Source: Chrysomallon squamiferum
Lineage: Eukaryota; Animalia; Mollusca
DNA: 64,000 nucleotides
Direction of reading: 5' to 3'
Assembly (NCBI GenBank): GCA_012295275.1
Contig: CM022674.1
Location: 17,546,001 to 17,610,000, forward strand
Under the pieces are notes generated by a model that made no database searches, was not told where the DNA came from, and was given only the letters and a program-made list of their open reading frames with translations. The translations under genes were made by a program, and so were the position numbers. Below, one piece after another: positions 12,451-27,640 of this stretch; within the stretch, counting starts at the first letter, position 1, and each line of letters opens with the position of its first letter.

Positions 12451-14198
12451 ACTATTAATATAAATTATTAATATAGCAAAAACTATTTGTCATGATCATC
12501 TTGGTAATAATAGTTTAAAATGCGGTTCAAATATAGTTATTAGTTTTAGGTAGGGAAAATGTGTTTTCTGTGTTCATACAAACAGTATAATCTGTGAATA
12601 ATAATATTGCACAAATCATACAAACTTACACAAGCAAATCACACTGAAAGCTCTTTCTGAGAGAAATAGACAAAACATTAATTTTTCCTTTTTGAAAATA
12701 ATTTTTTTCTTTTTCGTGAGAACGAACAAATTACGATTTGTCTGAAATGAACTTTATCTACACTCAGGTTTTAGTCTAAGGCATATGATGAGATATTCAC
12801 AGACAATTTAACATAATTATTACAGTTATAAGAAGACGGAGGATTCACAATCATGTACATAGCAATAAAATGCATGCAATATATCAACACATCAGCCAAG
12901 GGCTTTCATTTCCAGGTTTTATGGAAAGATTGATTATGTAAGCTCTATGGCTCAATTTTACACCCAACCAATTTCGTTCATAACAGAGCCTCATGTTGTG
13001 GTTATTAGTTTGTGGAGTATGTGTTTTATAGTTTTTATTTCTTGGCTTTTAATTTAATAATGACCAGGATCCCAAGGGTTAGCACATTTAAAAATTAATA
13101 ATAAGTGAACGTTTAATATATTTTTCAGTTTTTATTTATTTATTTCTTTTAATGACACTGGCAACAACATACACACAAAAACAAACACACAAACACACAT
13201 ATACAAACACAAACACACAAATATACACACTGAACTTTCATACCTCGATCATTGACTACTGGTTGGAATGTGATGTGTATATCTAAATATACAAACACTT
13301 GTCTAATATCTGCTATATCACATCTGTTACACAATCACTATACTGACTGATAAAGCAAGCCCCTGTAACATTAGTGCAATAATCACTTAAGAAAATTTAA
13401 TAATTCAGAAAGATATCTTCTAGTATACGCAAACAAAAATCTTAATTTTTATAAATTTTGTACCAATTTACACACTCTCTATACTTGTATATCTGAGATA
13501 TATATTTTTAATCTAGTAAATATGTGTTAATATTAATTAACATACACGTATTTATGTGTTTTATATACTTTGACATTTTAGTTTTGGTAAGTGGCGTTCT
13601 AAAATATTTTATGATAAAGTGTCACAGCAAGTTTTCATGTTAATAAAATACTTTATTTGATTGGTTCTGTATGTCACATGATAGTGGGGTTATCGTTGAA
13701 GGCTTTTTCTTTGGGATTAATAGCTGTGAAATTAATTTATATTCTAGTATGAACAGTTAAACCTCTATCAGTTGCTTTGTTTGAACTTAAGTAGTTTAAT
13801 GAAAACGATCTCTGTCTCATTATTAACAGTTTAACTTAGTGAAGTCCACTACATATAAACAGATAAAAGAAACACCTTCATTTCACAACCATAAAACAGT
13901 TATGACAGTGTATGTTCATTTGTTCACGAGGCAATTCATAAATTCTTCTCAATGGATTTTTATACAAGAGTAAACTGTGTAATAACTGTGAAGATCATTG
14001 CATTCTGGGTAAAACACGTAACTACCAGTTCACTCAGCCATGACCTGTGTCTGACAACTGGGATAAGGGACGGTTTGACAGATACCATACAAACTTACCG
14101 AGTTTTAATACATTAATCGTGGAGCGCTGGTTAGAATCGAAGAATAGCGATTAAAACAGCAATATGGAGCTACGAAAAAGAATAAAATAAAAAGAAAT

Positions 14199-14276
14199 AT
14201 GGAGGCAGACCCCCTGCTAATAATCATCTTCTGTTTTTTCCTTCATTGTTTAGCAGGAAAGAATCTCTTAGATATG
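14199..14276 (+). CDS. Possible orphan signal-peptide exon (MEADPLLIIIFCFFLHCLAGKNLLDM)
   Basis: ATG followed by a hydrophobic core and a donor-like ATG|gtaatt at 14277; no downstream exons identified. Confidence 0.25.
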
Positions 14277-14309
14277 GTAATTTTTGTGACAGTTTTTTTT
14301 TTGTGTTTT

Positions 14310-14418
14310 TTTTTTTTAAATATAATTTTAACTGTCAATATAATAACACATTTAACTTTCTTCCTACTACTGTGCCCGTTTGTTTATTCCACTTTAAAGT
14401 GTTTCAGTAGATTAATCG

Positions 14419-14460
<42 letters not shown>

Positions 14461-14820
14461 CCTACTTAATTTAATTCGGAAAACCCTTACACATCAGAGA
14501 GTTAAAAGTAAAATTAAAATATTTATTTCATATCAGTTTTACTTTTGAGGTACAGTAGAATTATAATTTTATTCAACATTGCTGATAATCCACCCATTAT
14601 GTTTCTGACTTTAACCTGAAATCACCTTTCAGAAACATGACACACTCAGAAAACTGACCGATTTTCTAACAAAGTCACAGTGACAATGTATTCAGCTAAA
14701 CCAGTGAGCTAGAACGAACGGCCCTTAGCACACACCCAATATTAAACTAGAGAGAATGGCGTGTTAGTCACATGATTTTTATTTCGAATGTAGGTAAAAA
14801 TATTCTACCAGAACATCATA

Positions 14821-14892
<72 letters not shown>

Positions 14893-15493
14893 AATAAATA
14901 AATAAACAAACAATGTCGGACTACTCTGAAAGCTAAACAAGGTAGTTTATTTCTGGGTGATTGACAGAGAAAGGAGACGGCGAATAAGTTGTGTCACTTC
15001 TGCTGGTAAGGAAAACTTACACTATATATTTTGTTGTAGTTTCGGATGCTTCTTTATTTATTTCACAGTATCTCATTGTGCTCGAAATTTTATCAAGATG
15101 CTGCAAACATGCTAACTGTATTTTTCACCTCAGGAAACACGGTCATATCGGTGATATATCGCTAAGGTGTCATGGCGGACCAAAATTCCTGTTATATGAC
15201 TTGTGTTTGAGGATCGATTATATTGGCTTATTCTTCATAAATTACTTACATATTACATAGAAGAAAGATGTTCCAATTGCTTTAATAGTATTTATCATCC
15301 GTACCTGTGTGTCGAATATCGGATGATTTGCGATTTTAAGTAGTAGTAGCATTATTCATGTTAAAGCATTTTGTACACATAGTAAGACAGGCAAACATTG
15401 TTTATTTAGTTGTTTAGTTTGTTTTCACAGCTCACATTACGCTTAAGAAATGTTTCCTAACAACTTTACAAGATAAATACGTAACCATACACA

Positions 15494-15565
<72 letters not shown>

Positions 15566-16140
15566 CAATAATATTATTTAGACTGGGCGGGCATATGTCC
15601 GTATCCAGTTTCTATTTCGTTCTTTGTTTGTTTGTTTATTTATTATTTATTTATTTATTTATTTTACTTTTATTCTTCAGTTAGAATATCTGGCAGTTTT
15701 GATTAAAATGTACTTTTTTAAATATAATTTTTACAGTCGCTACAATAACACATTTACTTTTCTTCCTTCTCCTGTGCCCGTTAGCTTATTCCACCTAAAA
15801 GTGTTTCAGTAGATTAGACCTTACACATGAGAGAAGTGAAATTAAATTTAAAATATTTATTTCATATCAGTTTTAATTTTGAAATACAGTATTATTAAAA
15901 TTTTATTCAACATTGTTGATGAACCACCGAATATCTTTCTGACTTGAACCTGAAATCAGCTTTCAGAAAATTGACTGTCATTTTCGCCATTTACAATGAT
16001 AATGTATTCAGCTGAACCAGTGGCGCAGAACAAACTGCTCTTAGTACATGAACAAGACTAAACTTGAGAGAATGGCGTGTTAGTCGTGTTACTTTTATTC
16101 AGAATATAGGTAAAAAATTGTACCAGAAACAATAATAATA

Positions 16141-16187
<47 letters not shown>

Positions 16188-16859
16188 TAATAAATTAATA
16201 AAAAATAAATAAACAAACAGTTTCTACTCGGAGTACTCTGAAAGCTAAACAATGTAGTTTCTTGCTTGGTGATTCACAGGGCGACGATATGGCGGAACAT
16301 TTGGGTCACTTCTGCTTGTAAGGAAAACTTTCACTATGTTGTTTTTTATAGTTTCTGATGGTTCGTTATTTATTTCACAGTATAAAAACTATTCGTATGT
16401 TTATCTTATTGTGTATGAAATTTATTCAAGATGATTCAAACATGCTAATTGTATTCTTTACCTCATGAAACAGGGTCATCTCGGCGATGTATCGCTAAAG
16501 TGTCATGGCGGACATACAATTCCTGTTATATGCCTTGCGTTTGAGTATGGATTATATTGGCTTGTTCTTCTTATATTCCTTGCATCTTACATAAGAATGA
16601 CAGAAAAAAGATTTCCCAAATGATTTAATGTTATTTATCATCCATAACAGTGTCTCAAATGACGGATGATTTGCGATTTTAAGTAGTAGTAGCATTATTC
16701 ATGTCACAGCAAGTTGTACACCCAGCAAGGCACACAAACATTGTTTATTTAGTTGTTTAGTTTGTTTTCACAATTCACATTACGTTTAAAATATGCTTCC
16801 TAACAACTTTACTAGATAAATACTTAATCATACACGCATTATTGTTAGTATTATTATTA

Positions 16860-16921
<62 letters not shown>

Positions 16922-17534
16922 TATACTGGGAGGGCTTTTGTCCGTATCGTTTCTATTTCTTTCAGTATTATATATTTTTGTATTCTTTTTTATTTATTAT
17001 TTATATGTTTCTTTTACTTTTATTTTTCTGTTAATTTCATGGTAGTTTTGCCTAAAATGTCTGTTTCTTTATTTAATTTTAACTGTCAATATAATAACAG
17101 ATTTACCTTTCTTCCTACTACTGTGCCCGTTTGGTTATTCCACCTTAACGTGTTTCAGTAGATTAGATGTCAAATTTTTATTTTATTACATAGGCATAGT
17201 TTATTTAATTATAACAAATCTTACAGATGAGAGAAGTAAAAGTAATGTTCAATATTTATTTCATATCAGTTTTAATTTTGAAATACAGTACTATTATAAT
17301 TTTATTCAACATTGCTGATAATCCACCGAATATCTTTCTGACTTGAACCTGAAATCAGCTTTCAGAAAATTGACTGTCATTTTCGCCAAGTCACTATGAT
17401 AATGTATTCAGCTGAACCTGTTGCGAACAACAATCTACTCTTAGTACATGAACAAGACTAAACTTGAAAGAATGGCGTGTTAGTCATGTTACTTTTATTC
17501 CGAATACAGGTAAAAAAATTGTACCAGAAACAAA

Positions 17535-17606
<72 letters not shown>

Positions 17607-18257
17607 AATAAATAAACAGTGTGTGTCGGAGTACTCTGAAAGATAAACAATGTAGTTTGTTGCTGGGTGATTCACAGGGCGACGACATAGCGGAAGATTT
17701 GGGTCACTACTGCTGGTAAGGGAAACTTACACTATATTGTTTTTCTGTAGTTTCTGATGGTTCGTTATTTATTTCACAGTATAAAAACAATTCGTATTTT
17801 TATCTTATTGTATGAAATGTTATCAAGATGATGCAAACATGCTCATTGTATTCTTTACCTCGTGAAACACGGTCATCTCGGCGTTTTATCGCTAAAGTGT
17901 CATGGCGGACCAAAATTCCTGTTATATGCCTTATGTTTGAGTATGGATTATATTGGCTTATTCTTCTTAAATTACTTACATCTTACATAAGAATCGCTGA
18001 AGAAAAGATGTCTCAAATGACTTAATGGTATTTATCATCCATAATTGTGTCAAATGATGACGGATGATTTGCGATTTTAAGTAGTAGTAGCATTATTCAT
18101 GTCACAGCAAGTTGTACATACAGGAAGACAGGCATACATTGTTTATTTAGTTGTTTAATTTGTTTTAACAGGTTACATTACGTTTAAAATATGCTTCCTA
18201 ACAACTTTACTAGATAAATACTTAATCATACACGCATTATTGTTAGTATTATTATGA

Positions 18258-18313
<56 letters not shown>

Positions 18314-18945
18314 TTACTGGGAGGGGGCATTTGTCCGTATCCAGTTTCTATTTCTTTCAGTGTTATATTTTTTTTTTTTTTTTTTTTTTTATTATTTATA
18401 TATTTTTTTTTTTTATTTTTCAGTTAATTTTGTGGTAGTTTTGCCTAAAATGTCTGTTTTATTTATTTAATTTTAACTGTCAATATAATAACAGATTTAC
18501 CTTTCTTCCTACTACTGTGCCCGTTTGTTTATTCCACCTTAAAGTGTTTCAGTAGATTAGATGTCAAATTTTTATTTTATTACATAGGCATAGTTTATTT
18601 AATTATAAAATCTTACAGATGAGAGAAGTAAAAGTAATGTTCAAAATATTTATTTCATATCAGTTTTAATTTTTGAAATACAGTACTATTATAATTTTAT
18701 TCAACATTGCTGATAATCCACCCAATATCTTTCTGACTTTAACCTGAAATCAGCTTTCAGAAAAAACGAACTGACTGTCATTTTTTCGCCAAGTCACTAT
18801 GATAATGTATTCAGCTGAACCAGTGAGCTAGAACAAACAATCTACTCTTAGTACATGAACAAGATTAAACTTGAAAATGAATGGCGTGTTAGTCATGTTA
18901 CATTTATTCGAATACAGGTAAAAAAAAAAATGTACCAGAAAAAAA

Positions 18946-19012
<67 letters not shown>

Positions 19013-19655
19013 AATAAATAAATAAATAGTGTGTCGGAGTACTCTGAAAGATAAACAAATGTAGTTTGTTGCTGGGTGATTCACAGGGCGACGACATGGC
19101 GGAAGATTTGGGTCACTACTGCTGGTAAGGAAAACTTACACTATATTGTTTTTCTGTAGTTTCTGATGGTTCGTTATTTATTTCACAGTATAAAAACAAT
19201 TCGTATTTTTATCTTATTGTATGAAATGTTATCAAGATGCTGCAAACATGCTAATTGTATTCTTTACCTCGTGAAACACGTCATCTCGGCGTTGTATCGC
19301 TAAAGTGTCATGGCGGACTAAAATTCCTGTTATATGCCTTATGTTTGAGTATGGATTATATTGGCTTATTCTTCTTAAATTACTTACATCTTACATAAGA
19401 ATCGCTGAAAAAAAGATGTCTCAAATGACTTAATGGTATTTATCATCCATAATTGTGTCTCCAATGACGGATGATTTGCGATTTTAAGTAGTAGTAGCAT
19501 TATTCATATTACAGCATATTGTACATACAACAAGACAGGCAGACATTGTTTATTTAGTTGTTTAATTTGTTTTAACAGGTGGCATTACGTTTAAAATATG
19601 CTTCCTAACAACTTTACTAGATAAATACTTAATCATACACACATTATTATTGTTG

Positions 19656-19717
<62 letters not shown>

Positions 19718-20335
19718 TATACTGGGAGGGCTTTTGTCCGTATCCAGTTTCTATTTCTTTCAGTGTTATATATTTTTTGATTCTTTTTTATTTATTATTT
19801 ATATATTTCTTTTACTTTTATTTTTCAGTTAATTTCGTGGTAGTTTTGCCTAAAATGTCTGTTTCTTTATTTAATTTTAACAGTCAATATCATAACAGAT
19901 TTACTTTTCTTCCTACTACTGTGCCCGTTTGTTTAATCCACCTTAACCTGTTTCAGTAGATTAATCGTCAAATTTTTATTTTATTACATAGGCATTGTTT
20001 ATTTAATTATAACAAATCTTACAGATGAGAGAAGTAAAAGTAATTTTAAATACTTATTTCATATCAGTTTTAATTCTGAAATACTGTACTTTTATAATTT
20101 TATTCAACATTGTTGATAATCCACCGAATATCTTTCTGACTTGAACCTTAAATCAGCTTTCAGAAAATTGACTGTCATTTTCGCCAAGTTACAATGATAA
20201 TGTATTCAGCTGAACCTGTGGCGAACAACAAACTGCTCTTAGTACATGAACAAGACTAAACTTGAGAGAATGGCGTGTTAGTCATGTTACTTTTATTCCG
20301 AATATAGGTACAAAAATTGTACCAGAACATCAAAA

Positions 20336-20419
<84 letters not shown>

Positions 20420-21079
20420 ACAGTGTGTGTCGGAGTACTCTGAAAGCTAAACAATGTAGTTTGTTGCTGGGTGATTCACAGGGCGACGACATGGCGGAAC
20501 ATTTGGGTCACTACTGCTGGTAAGGAAAACTTACACTATGTTGTTTTTCTGTAGTTTCTGATGGTTCGTTATTTATTTCACAGTATAAAAACAATTCGTA
20601 TTTTTATCGTATTGTATGAAATTGTATCAAGATGCTGCAAACATGCTCATTGTATTCTTTACCTCGTGAAACACGGTCATCTCGGCGATTTATCGCTAAA
20701 AGTGTCATGGCGGACCAAAATTCCTGTTATATGACTTGTGTTTGAGCTATGGATTATATTGGATCATTCTTCTTAAAACCTTTACATCTTACATAAGAAT
20801 CTTATCTTGAAGATAAACTTAAATGACCTGGTATTTATCATCCATAATTGTGTTACCCCAATGAAGGATGATTTGCGATTTTAAGTAGTAGTAGCATTAT
20901 TCATAATACAGCATTTTGTACATACAACAAGACACAGCATAACATTGTTTATTTATCCCTTGTTTAAACCTTTTTTCACAGGTCATTAAACTTATTTCGT
21001 TTAAAATATGCTTCCTTAACAACTTTACTAGATAAATAACTTAATCATACACACATTATTATTATTATTTGGCATTTTA

Positions 21080-21132
<53 letters not shown>

Positions 21133-21877
21133 TTTCATTTATGATTGCATTTGTCCGTATCCAGTTTATATTTTCATTTTCAGTGTTATATATTTTTAAA
21201 TGTATTTGATTTTTTGTTTGTCATTGATTATATATTTCGTTTTTATGTTGGGACTTTTATTTTTCAAATTAATTTCGTAGTATGTCTTGAACCTCTAAAT
21301 GTTGCTTTGTTTACACTTAAGTTTTTTTATTTTAACAGTCAATATTATAACAGTTTTACTTTTCTTCCTACATATAAATAGATAAAAGATACACCTTCAT
21401 TTCACAAGCAAAAAACCTGACAGAGTGTTTATTTGTTCATTAATCGTTAAATTTTCTCATTGGATTTTATTACATAGGCAAACTTTATTTAATTATAAAG
21501 AATCTTTGCATGAGAGAAAAAAAGTAATTTTAAATTCACGGATTTCCATATCAACTTTCGATTCTGAAATACATTAACTTTTATAATTTTATTCAACATT
21601 GAAGAATATCCAATTAATATCTTTCTGATATGAACCTACGAAAAAAAAAAATCAAAAAAAAGAAATCAGAAAAACCGCCTGTCAATTTCTTTTTTTCTTC
21701 ATTTTTACAATGAAAATGTATTCAGATATGGTAATTTTTCTGACAGTTTTGCTTAAAATGTTTATTTTTTATATATATAATTTTAACTGTCAATATAATA
21801 ACACATTGTTGAAATGGGCGTGTTAGTCATGTGACTTTTATTCCGACTATAGGTAACAATTTGTACCAGAACATCAA

Positions 21878-21940
<63 letters not shown>

Positions 21941-23004
21941 ACAATAAACAATAATAATAATAATAATAATAAATAAATAAATAAACAGTGTCTGCACGGA
22001 GTACTCTTGCTGAGTGATTAACAGAGCGAGGAGATGGCGAATAAGTTGTGTCACTTTTGCTGGTAAGGACAACTTATATTAATTCGTTTTTTGTAGTTTC
22101 TGTCGGTTCTTTATTTATTTCACAGAATACAATCAATTCGTTGTTTTTTTTTTTTTTTTTGTCTTATTGTGTTGGAAATTTTATTAAGATTCTGCAAAGA
22201 TGCTAATTGTATTTTTTACCTCGTGAAACACGGTCATTTAGGCGATGTGTCGGTAAGGTGTCATGGCGGACCAACATTTTTTGTTATCTGACTTTTGTTT
22301 GAAGATGGATAAGATTGGGTTATACTTCTTAACTTACTATTATTATTATTATAATCATTATTTAGACTGGGAAGGCATTTGTCCATATCATGTTTCTATT
22401 TCGATCTTTGTTTGTTTATTATTTATTTATTCATTTATTTTACTTTTATTCTTCATTAAATTTTTTGTTGCAGTTTTGATTAAATCGTATTTTTTTATAA
22501 TATAATTTTAACAGTCACTATAATAACACATTTACTTTTCTTCCTATTACTGTGCCCGTTTGTTCATTCCACTTTAAAATATTTCAGTAGATTAGATGTC
22601 AATTTTTCATTTTATTACTTAGGCCTACTTAATTTAATTTAAAAAAAAAAAAAAAAAACTTACACATCAGAGAAGTAAAAGTTAAGTAATAATATTTATT
22701 TCACATCAGGTTTACTTTTGAAGTACTGTCCTATTATAATTTGGTTCAACATTGTTGATAATCCACCCAATATCTTTCTGTCTTTAACCTGAAATCAAGT
22801 TTCAGAAGCATGAGACACTTAGAAAACAGACTGGCATTTTCGGCAAGTGCCTGTAATAATGTATTCAGTTAAATCAGTGAGTTACAACAAACTGCCCTTA
22901 GTACGTAAACAAGATTAGATTTGAGAGAATAGCGTGTTAGGCAGATTACTTTTATTCGGAATATAGGTAAAAAATTGTCCCAGAACACCAAAATAATAAT
23001 AATC

Positions 23005-23045
<41 letters not shown>

Positions 23046-23338
23046 TATAGTATAGTAAAATTATAATTTTATTCAACATTGTTGATAAACCACCCGATAT
23101 CTATCTGACTTGAACCTGAAATCAGCTTTCAGAAACATGACGTACTCATAAAATAGAATGACATTTTCGCCAAGTTACAATGATAATGCATTCAGCTAAA
23201 CCAGTCAGCTAGAACAAACTGCCTTGTTACACTTTGTTACAAACATTGTTACAAACATTGTTAAACTTGAGGCAATGGCACGTTAGTGACGTGAATTTTA
23301 TTCCAAGTACACGTATACAAATTTAAGAGATCATCAAG

Positions 23339-23371
<33 letters not shown>

Positions 23372-24165
23372 GAACAGTAAAATTATAATTTTATTCAACA
23401 TTGTTGAAAAACCATCCAATATCTATCTCACTTGAACCTGAAATCAGATTTCAGAAACATGACGTACTCATAAAATAGACTGACATTTTCGCCAAGTTAC
23501 TTTGATAATGTATTCAGCTAAACCAGTGAGCTAGAACAAACTGCCCTTAGTACAGAAATAAGATTAAACTTGAGACTATGACATGTTAGTGAAGTGAGTT
23601 TTATTCCGAATGTACGTATACAGATTTAACAGAAAATAAAGATAATAATAATACAAATAATAATAGTAATAAATAAATAAATAAACAGTTTATGCCCGGA
23701 GTATTTTGAAAGCTAAACAAAGTAGCTCATTGTGTGTGATTGACAGAGCGAGGAGATGGCAGAGATTGGATTTACTAATTGTATTCTTTACCTCGTTAAA
23801 CACGGTCATCTCGGCGTTTTATCGCTAAAGTGTCATGGCGGACCAAAATTCATGTTAGATGACTTGCGTTTGAGTATGGATTATATTGGCTTATTCTTCT
23901 TAAATACCTTACATCTTACATAAGAATCACAGAAAATAGATATCCCAAATGATTTAATGCTGTTTATGATCCATAATTGTGTCTCAAATGACGGATCATT
24001 TGCGATTTTAAGTAGTAGTTGCATTATTCATGTTCCACCATGTTGTGCATACAGTAAGACAGGCAGACATTGTTTATTTAGTTGTTTAATTTGTTTTCAC
24101 AGGTCACATTACGTTTAAAATATGCTTCCTAACAACTTTACTACATAAATACTTAATCATACAGA
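14310..24165. repeat. Tandem array of about 1.3-1.5-kb units (about 7 copies) with embedded (AAT)n and (TTA)n tracts
   Basis: ctggtaagg-type marker recurs near 15004, 16316, 17713, 19122, 20517 and 22060; gcgattttaagtagtagt occurs in nearly every unit. ORFs here are microsatellite artefacts. Confidence 0.95.
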
Positions 24166-24884
24166 TATAGCAAGATTTGTTGTGTCAGATTTTTGATGGA
24201 CCTTTTTTATTTGATCATCTGTCCTCTTGGTTTTCTGATTTATCCTTTTAATAGAAATGTGTTTTTTTCTTGGCATAAAATATTTTGATAGTATCCATTT
24301 TATTACACTGCACCTGCGAAAGTTTCTGGCGCAGACTCTGATTTGTTTTCCGAAGAATTTTGCAACTGTGACATCTGGAAATTTGCCTTGCTTTTAATGG
24401 TGACTTGTGCATAACAGTTTGAATTTCCCTGGATGCATCATTTACAAGTGAATCGGTTTCATTGGAAGCATCGTTCATGGGTAAGTCAATGACGGGCGAC
24501 CTGTCAAATGAAACTGGAACCAGCTGAAATTTTTTATGACAAATATCATCAAATTTGGAGAATTCTGAAGAGATTGTCAGATGCCTAAATTTTGAGACAG
24601 CTTCAACTAACGTTTTAAACTTATTTGTAAGGTGGTTTGTGGCCACAAGGACCTGATCCTGTGACATTCCAGATGATGAACATGAAAGGCGAGTCAAAAG
24701 TTCCCGAACAGTTGAACCACGACTATTATCAGACTCGTAATAAATGTTCTGCACATGGCCATTCAAAAACTCCGCTGGAACAGCAGGCTGGTTTTGGAAA
24801 AAGTATTTTAGATGCTGTCTTGCTACCCCCACCTTGTCAGCTTCTTGGGCTTTTGTCTTTGTTTTAGGAGGCATCTTCATGACC
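24165..24884 (-). pseudogene. Truncated exon of unknown function, probably transposon-derived (MKMPPKTKTK...CHSC...coiled coil)
   Basis: About 210 open codons with normal composition; minus-strand acceptor ttttacag just before the ATG at 24881; reading continues after a frameshift (IKRINQKTKRTDDQIKK) until the 1.4-kb array. Family not recognised. Confidence 0.5.
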
Positions 24885-25413
24885 TGTAAAATGAAAAGGT
24901 GCAAAGGTGAGAGTTTGAAGACATATCCCTAAGATGGCTTCACTATAAAACTAATACATTTTCCAATGCAACATGTGCAAAAACACATGGGTTTGTTAAC
25001 AAATAGAAAGGCTGTAAATGGGTCACGTGACCAAAATTCATTAAATCTACACAACTCATCATCACATAAAATGCTGCCATATAATGACTACATAGTTAAT
25101 AATAAATATGTCTCATAGGCGATAGATCAGCTTTCGGACAGCTGTTTTCTCATGTTAATTGTTTTACGCCTATTAAACTTATGGAAGAAAAAGCTTTGAA
25201 AGTTTCTAACAGGTATTACAACATGTAGTTCACGTTTCTATGTCTTAATTAAATTGTAATCCCTCATAGGTGTACATAAACTAGATGACCCTGTACTGAA
25301 ACAGTAGACATAAGTGAATCATCTTTCTGGATAGCTATTTGGATTTTCTCGCTATCTAGGTATCTGGACTTTTTTGCCCAAAAAGGTTAAATTATTTCGT
25401 AAGGAAAATTAAA

Positions 25414-25449
<36 letters not shown>

Positions 25450-25638
25450 CTTCATTTCATCCTGTCTGTTCCAATTATAACTCTCAACTTTTGAGAGTTA
25501 GGATTTTGTTGTTGTGGTTAATTTAGAAAAGAATAAGTTTTTTTTTTTTTTTTTTTTTTTTTATTTATTGTATTAAATTTATTTTATTTTATTTTAATAA
25601 TTTGAAAACACATATGTTTTGTGTTATTCTATTCGCAG

Positions 25639-27301
25639 GACCGAAAAGTTATAAGATCAGTTACAACAACTGGTTTAACATACAATAGTAAAAATCTAAA
25701 GATGGGATACATTGAATTATAAATAAGTAATTGTTTTGAGCTCAATCTATCGATGTACATAGGTAATTCTGCAGTGAATGTAAAAACAACAGCAAATGGA
25801 AATGATGAGTAATTCAGTACATTATGTATAAAAATGATTTCATCTCTATTTCTGTGGCTAATTTTAAATTTATGTCCTCAAATGACAGCAGATATTCACT
25901 CAATATTTTATTAAGAATTTTTGTGTTCACCATGTTCAGCTAAGAAATGGTTATTAGTCAACTTTCGGATTTCAAACTTGTGAAATCAGCTCATGTTTTC
26001 AGTCAGAACAGAGGGAGCCATGCTATCTCAACAACTTGTGTACAGATAAAACTATCATGTGACTGAAACAAATCTGGTATATTACAAATACACTAGTAAA
26101 TAGAGCTGATCTATTTTTTTTAAAGTTTGAGTTTTTATTGTATTACATTTGTTTCATAACTTTTTTATTAATATTTTGGATAAATGACAGCAGTTCTTTC
26201 ATTAAATAGTAATAATAATAATAATAAAATAAAGTCTTACTTGACAATGTTATTTTATGAAGCAGGGTAAATCAGTGTGTAAGTTTTGTATTGTTCTATT
26301 GACAGGACAGAAGAGTTGTATGGTCAGTTACAGACAACTGGTTTAACATACAGCAGCTAATGTCTAAAGATGGGTTAAACTGAATTGTAAGTAAATGTTC
26401 TGTTTGTTTAAATTAGTTACATTAAAATGTAATGTTATAAATGTGCAATGTACAGTACAAGACTGATAAAACTTTATTTGTCAAAGCCAGTCTCGGACTG
26501 GGTCCAGGTTTTATTAAAAAGTAACTTTTCATTCTTGTTGTAGTTTGTTAGTTATAATTATTTCTGTAACAGTTTTCAATCTTTACATAAAATAACTTAC
26601 ACTGACTTCAATAAGAAAATTTCATATTTGTCTCTCGTACCAGAAATAGTTAATAATAAATAAAATGATTTTTTACCTTAGTTACCTAATGTTTTCTTTG
26701 TTGCCATTTATTGATTTATCAACATTTCAAAAATGAAGTATCCAGACTTAGTGAACAGTTTCTAACTGGAAATTCTGATCAGTGTTATTTTTTTATTTTT
26801 TATTTTATTTTACCAAGTTAATAAAATGACTGTCACTTGTAATTCATTTAAAAAAGAAGATAAGTTGATATGTTTTCAGTCACTGAATATTCTCTGCTTT
26901 CTTCAAATATTTAATCAGTTTTCAGCAAGTATCATGTAATGAAGTAACCCCAGTTAGGTGACACTAACTTTCATACAAACATTTTGAAGCATAAAGACAG
27001 CTGTTCTTACTCATTTTGTCTTGACATAGTGAAGAAAATATTTGTTTCCAGTGCAGCTGTGTGTTTGTGTATATATATCTTCAATCTGATAGATATTAAT
27101 ATACTTAGTGTAGAAAAATTATCATTCAGTAACCTATTAAACAATTTAAAAACATAATAGAGTAATGACTGTTAGTATTATTTTAAAAATACATTTACAT
27201 TTAATGGTTAAGTGTAAGAATACATGTTCAAGCACAAACATATTTTATTATAATTACTATAGAATCAAGTTTAACTGCATGAAATAATTTTAAAACATTT
27301 A

Positions 27302-27353
<52 letters not shown>

Positions 27354-27640
27354 AGGTGTGGAGAAATCATCTTTAAAAATAAATAGTAAATAAAGAAAGT
27401 CTTTGTACATAGTATGATAATGGCTGAACACTGTACTATTCATAGATGTCACTACTGTATTGATGATGTATTAACATAACAGTTTCAAACACCGCACAGA
27501 TGAAATGTGTCTGTACATTAACATGAAATCAAGAAGTGACCAAGATTTGGAATGAAGAATCTAGCAGATTATTGAAAGATGAAGTCTACACATCCTTAAA
27601 CTATGTTTATATACAAAGAGACACAATACTGAAGAATAAT
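25639..27640 (+). pseudogene. Decayed exon relics: a duplicated exon of about 81 nt (25639-25718, 26306-26386) and a stop-riddled exon near 27483
   Basis: Both copies share the acceptor context ttctatt...cag; the second ends at gtaagt (26387). Consensus reads about TEELYDQLQTTGLTYNSKNLKMGYIE, with different stops in each copy. Confidence 0.35.

Noticed and set aside
17858-17880. Minus-strand MTVFHE followed by a donor, resembling the start of DPH3
   Set aside because: Only six residues, an imperfect match, not conserved in all units, and no downstream CPC zinc-ribbon exon.
25639-26386. Functional upstream exons of the STAND gene
   Set aside because: The phase is compatible, but both copies carry in-frame stops and the first lacks a GT donor; kept only as relics.
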